Below are positions 62,946 through 64,000 of a stretch of 64,000 nt of DNA, piece by piece. Every line of letters begins with the position of its first letter. The first letter of the stretch is position 1. The notes beneath the pieces are model-generated. The model searched no databases and was not told the origin of the DNA. It worked only from the letters and a program-made list of their open reading frames with translations. This DNA comes from Methanomassiliicoccaceae archaeon (GTDB taxonomy: Archaea > Thermoplasmatota > Thermoplasmata > Methanomassiliicoccales > Methanomassiliicoccaceae), in assembly GCA_963728405.1 (NCBI GenBank), contig CAVSJV010000017.1:64001-128000 (forward strand), read 5' to 3'. A program made the translations under genes and the position numbers.

Positions 62946-63482
62946 ATGGCTCTCAAGGATACCGTCCGATCGGTAGGCGACCTCATGGAATTGGCGGCCC
63001 GCACCGCGCCGAAAGGGTTAGGCCAGGATTTCATCGAGGCGGGGGTGTTGAGCGATGCGGAGCGCCTCGCCCTGGGGAACAACATGATCAAGATCGCCTC
63101 GGAGAAGAACACCCCGAACTGGGAACGGGACGGTCAGAATGTCCTCGATTGTGATGCAGTGGTGCTCATCGGCCTGCTGCCGCACAAAGGAGCGGGACTG
63201 GACTGCGGGGCCTGTGGCTTCGCCAGCTGCCGAGAGTTCAACGAGCGCTCCATGATCAAGGACTTCGAGGGCCCCAACTGCGCGATTCGGTTGTTAGACC
63301 TGGGCATTGCTCTCGGTTCGGCAGTCAAGGTGGCCTCGGACATGAACGTCGATAATCGCATCATGTACCGCATCGGCGTCTCGGCCAAGCGCCTGGGGAT
63401 AAGCAAAGGAAGGATAAGCCACGGCATCCCGCTCTCGGCGACGGGGAAGAACATCTTCTTCGATCGCGCCCCCAAGAAATAG
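62946..63482 (+). CDS. DUF2148 ferredoxin-domain protein
   Basis: AARTAPK, CGACGFASC, DLGIALGSA, VDNRIMY, GKNIFFDR. Confidence 0.85.
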   Translation: MALKDTVRSVGDLMELAARTAPKGLGQDFIEAGVLSDAERLALGNNMIKIASEKNTPNWERDGQNVLDCDAVVLIGLLPHKGAGLDCGACGFASCREFNERSMIKDFEGPNCAIRLLDLGIALGSAVKVASDMNVDNRIMYRIGVSAKRLGISKGRISHGIPLSATGKNIFFDRAPKK

Positions 63483-63670
63483 GGAGGTAAGCTACCGCGT
63501 TCGATGAAGACTCCAAGGAGCTCAGGGATGGTTCAAAGCTGCATCTCCCATGCAAGCAGTAACATGGGGGGTCGGAGCAGAACCTCTGATCCACCCGACC
63601 CGCTCATCATTCGATGGAATGTGGGCCATCGATTCTAACTTTTATATTATTAGTTGCCGTTAGCTGGGTG

Positions 63671-64000
63671 ATGAAGCTTTCACCTTACCATCTGGCCAAG
63701 GTCGCCTTCCTGGCCTATATTCCAGTCATCGCCACCATCATGGTAATGATCGTCCTGAGGGCCAATGACCTGGCCAGGGAGAACAATGACGCCGGTCTCG
63801 GACAGAGCTTCTTCAATCCGACCACGCCGGAGCAGGCGATCGTTGCCGGCTTCACCATATGGATCCTGGGCGCGTTCTTCGTCGCCATTCTGGCCGTCAT
63901 ACTATACCACATATTAAGGACCCGAACCCATCAGAGCCCTATCACCTTCTTGGCCATCACTTTGGTACTCTCCGCGATACTGGCCGTGGGTGCATACCAG
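63671..64000 (+). CDS. Membrane protein, runs off the window end
   Basis: GGGTG Shine-Dalgarno, TTTTATA promoter, open frame with several TM segments. Confidence 0.6.
   Translation, partial: MKLSPYHLAKVAFLAYIPVIATIMVMIVLRANDLARENNDAGLGQSFFNPTTPEQAIVAGFTIWILGAFFVAILAVILYHILRTRTHQSPITFLAITLVLSAILAVGAYQ

Overview
GC-rich archaeal chromosomal segment. Its gene content (type II GAPDH, archease, methanogen-type corrinoid proteins, MtaA-type methyltransferase, hgcAB, TATA-box promoters) best fits a Methanomassiliicoccales-like methanogen; this is inferred, not searched. Housekeeping blocks are an Lrp-led DAP/DapL lysine operon, pgk, gap, ilvBNC, tldD/pmbA/pepQ, nadX, archease, an mvaD-family decarboxylase, proBA and acs. 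Accessory blocks are an IS605-type element (tnpB plus decayed tnpA, both ends traceable), a ~10 kb corrinoid/methyltransferase/CobW/hydantoinase-like/DGC cluster with no substrate-specific MT1, the mercury-methylation operon hgcC-hgcA-hgcB, and a ~2.9 kb att-flanked island at tRNA-Glu carrying a GNAT toxin-like module. The most striking unannotated signal is a 23-aa, apparently leaderless, Val/Ile/Leu-rich leader peptide plus hairpin in front of ilvB, which looks like a bacterial-style attenuator in an archaeon. Many core genes carry single-base frameshifts, most likely assembly indel errors. All product calls come from motif recognition by eye; no database searches were run.
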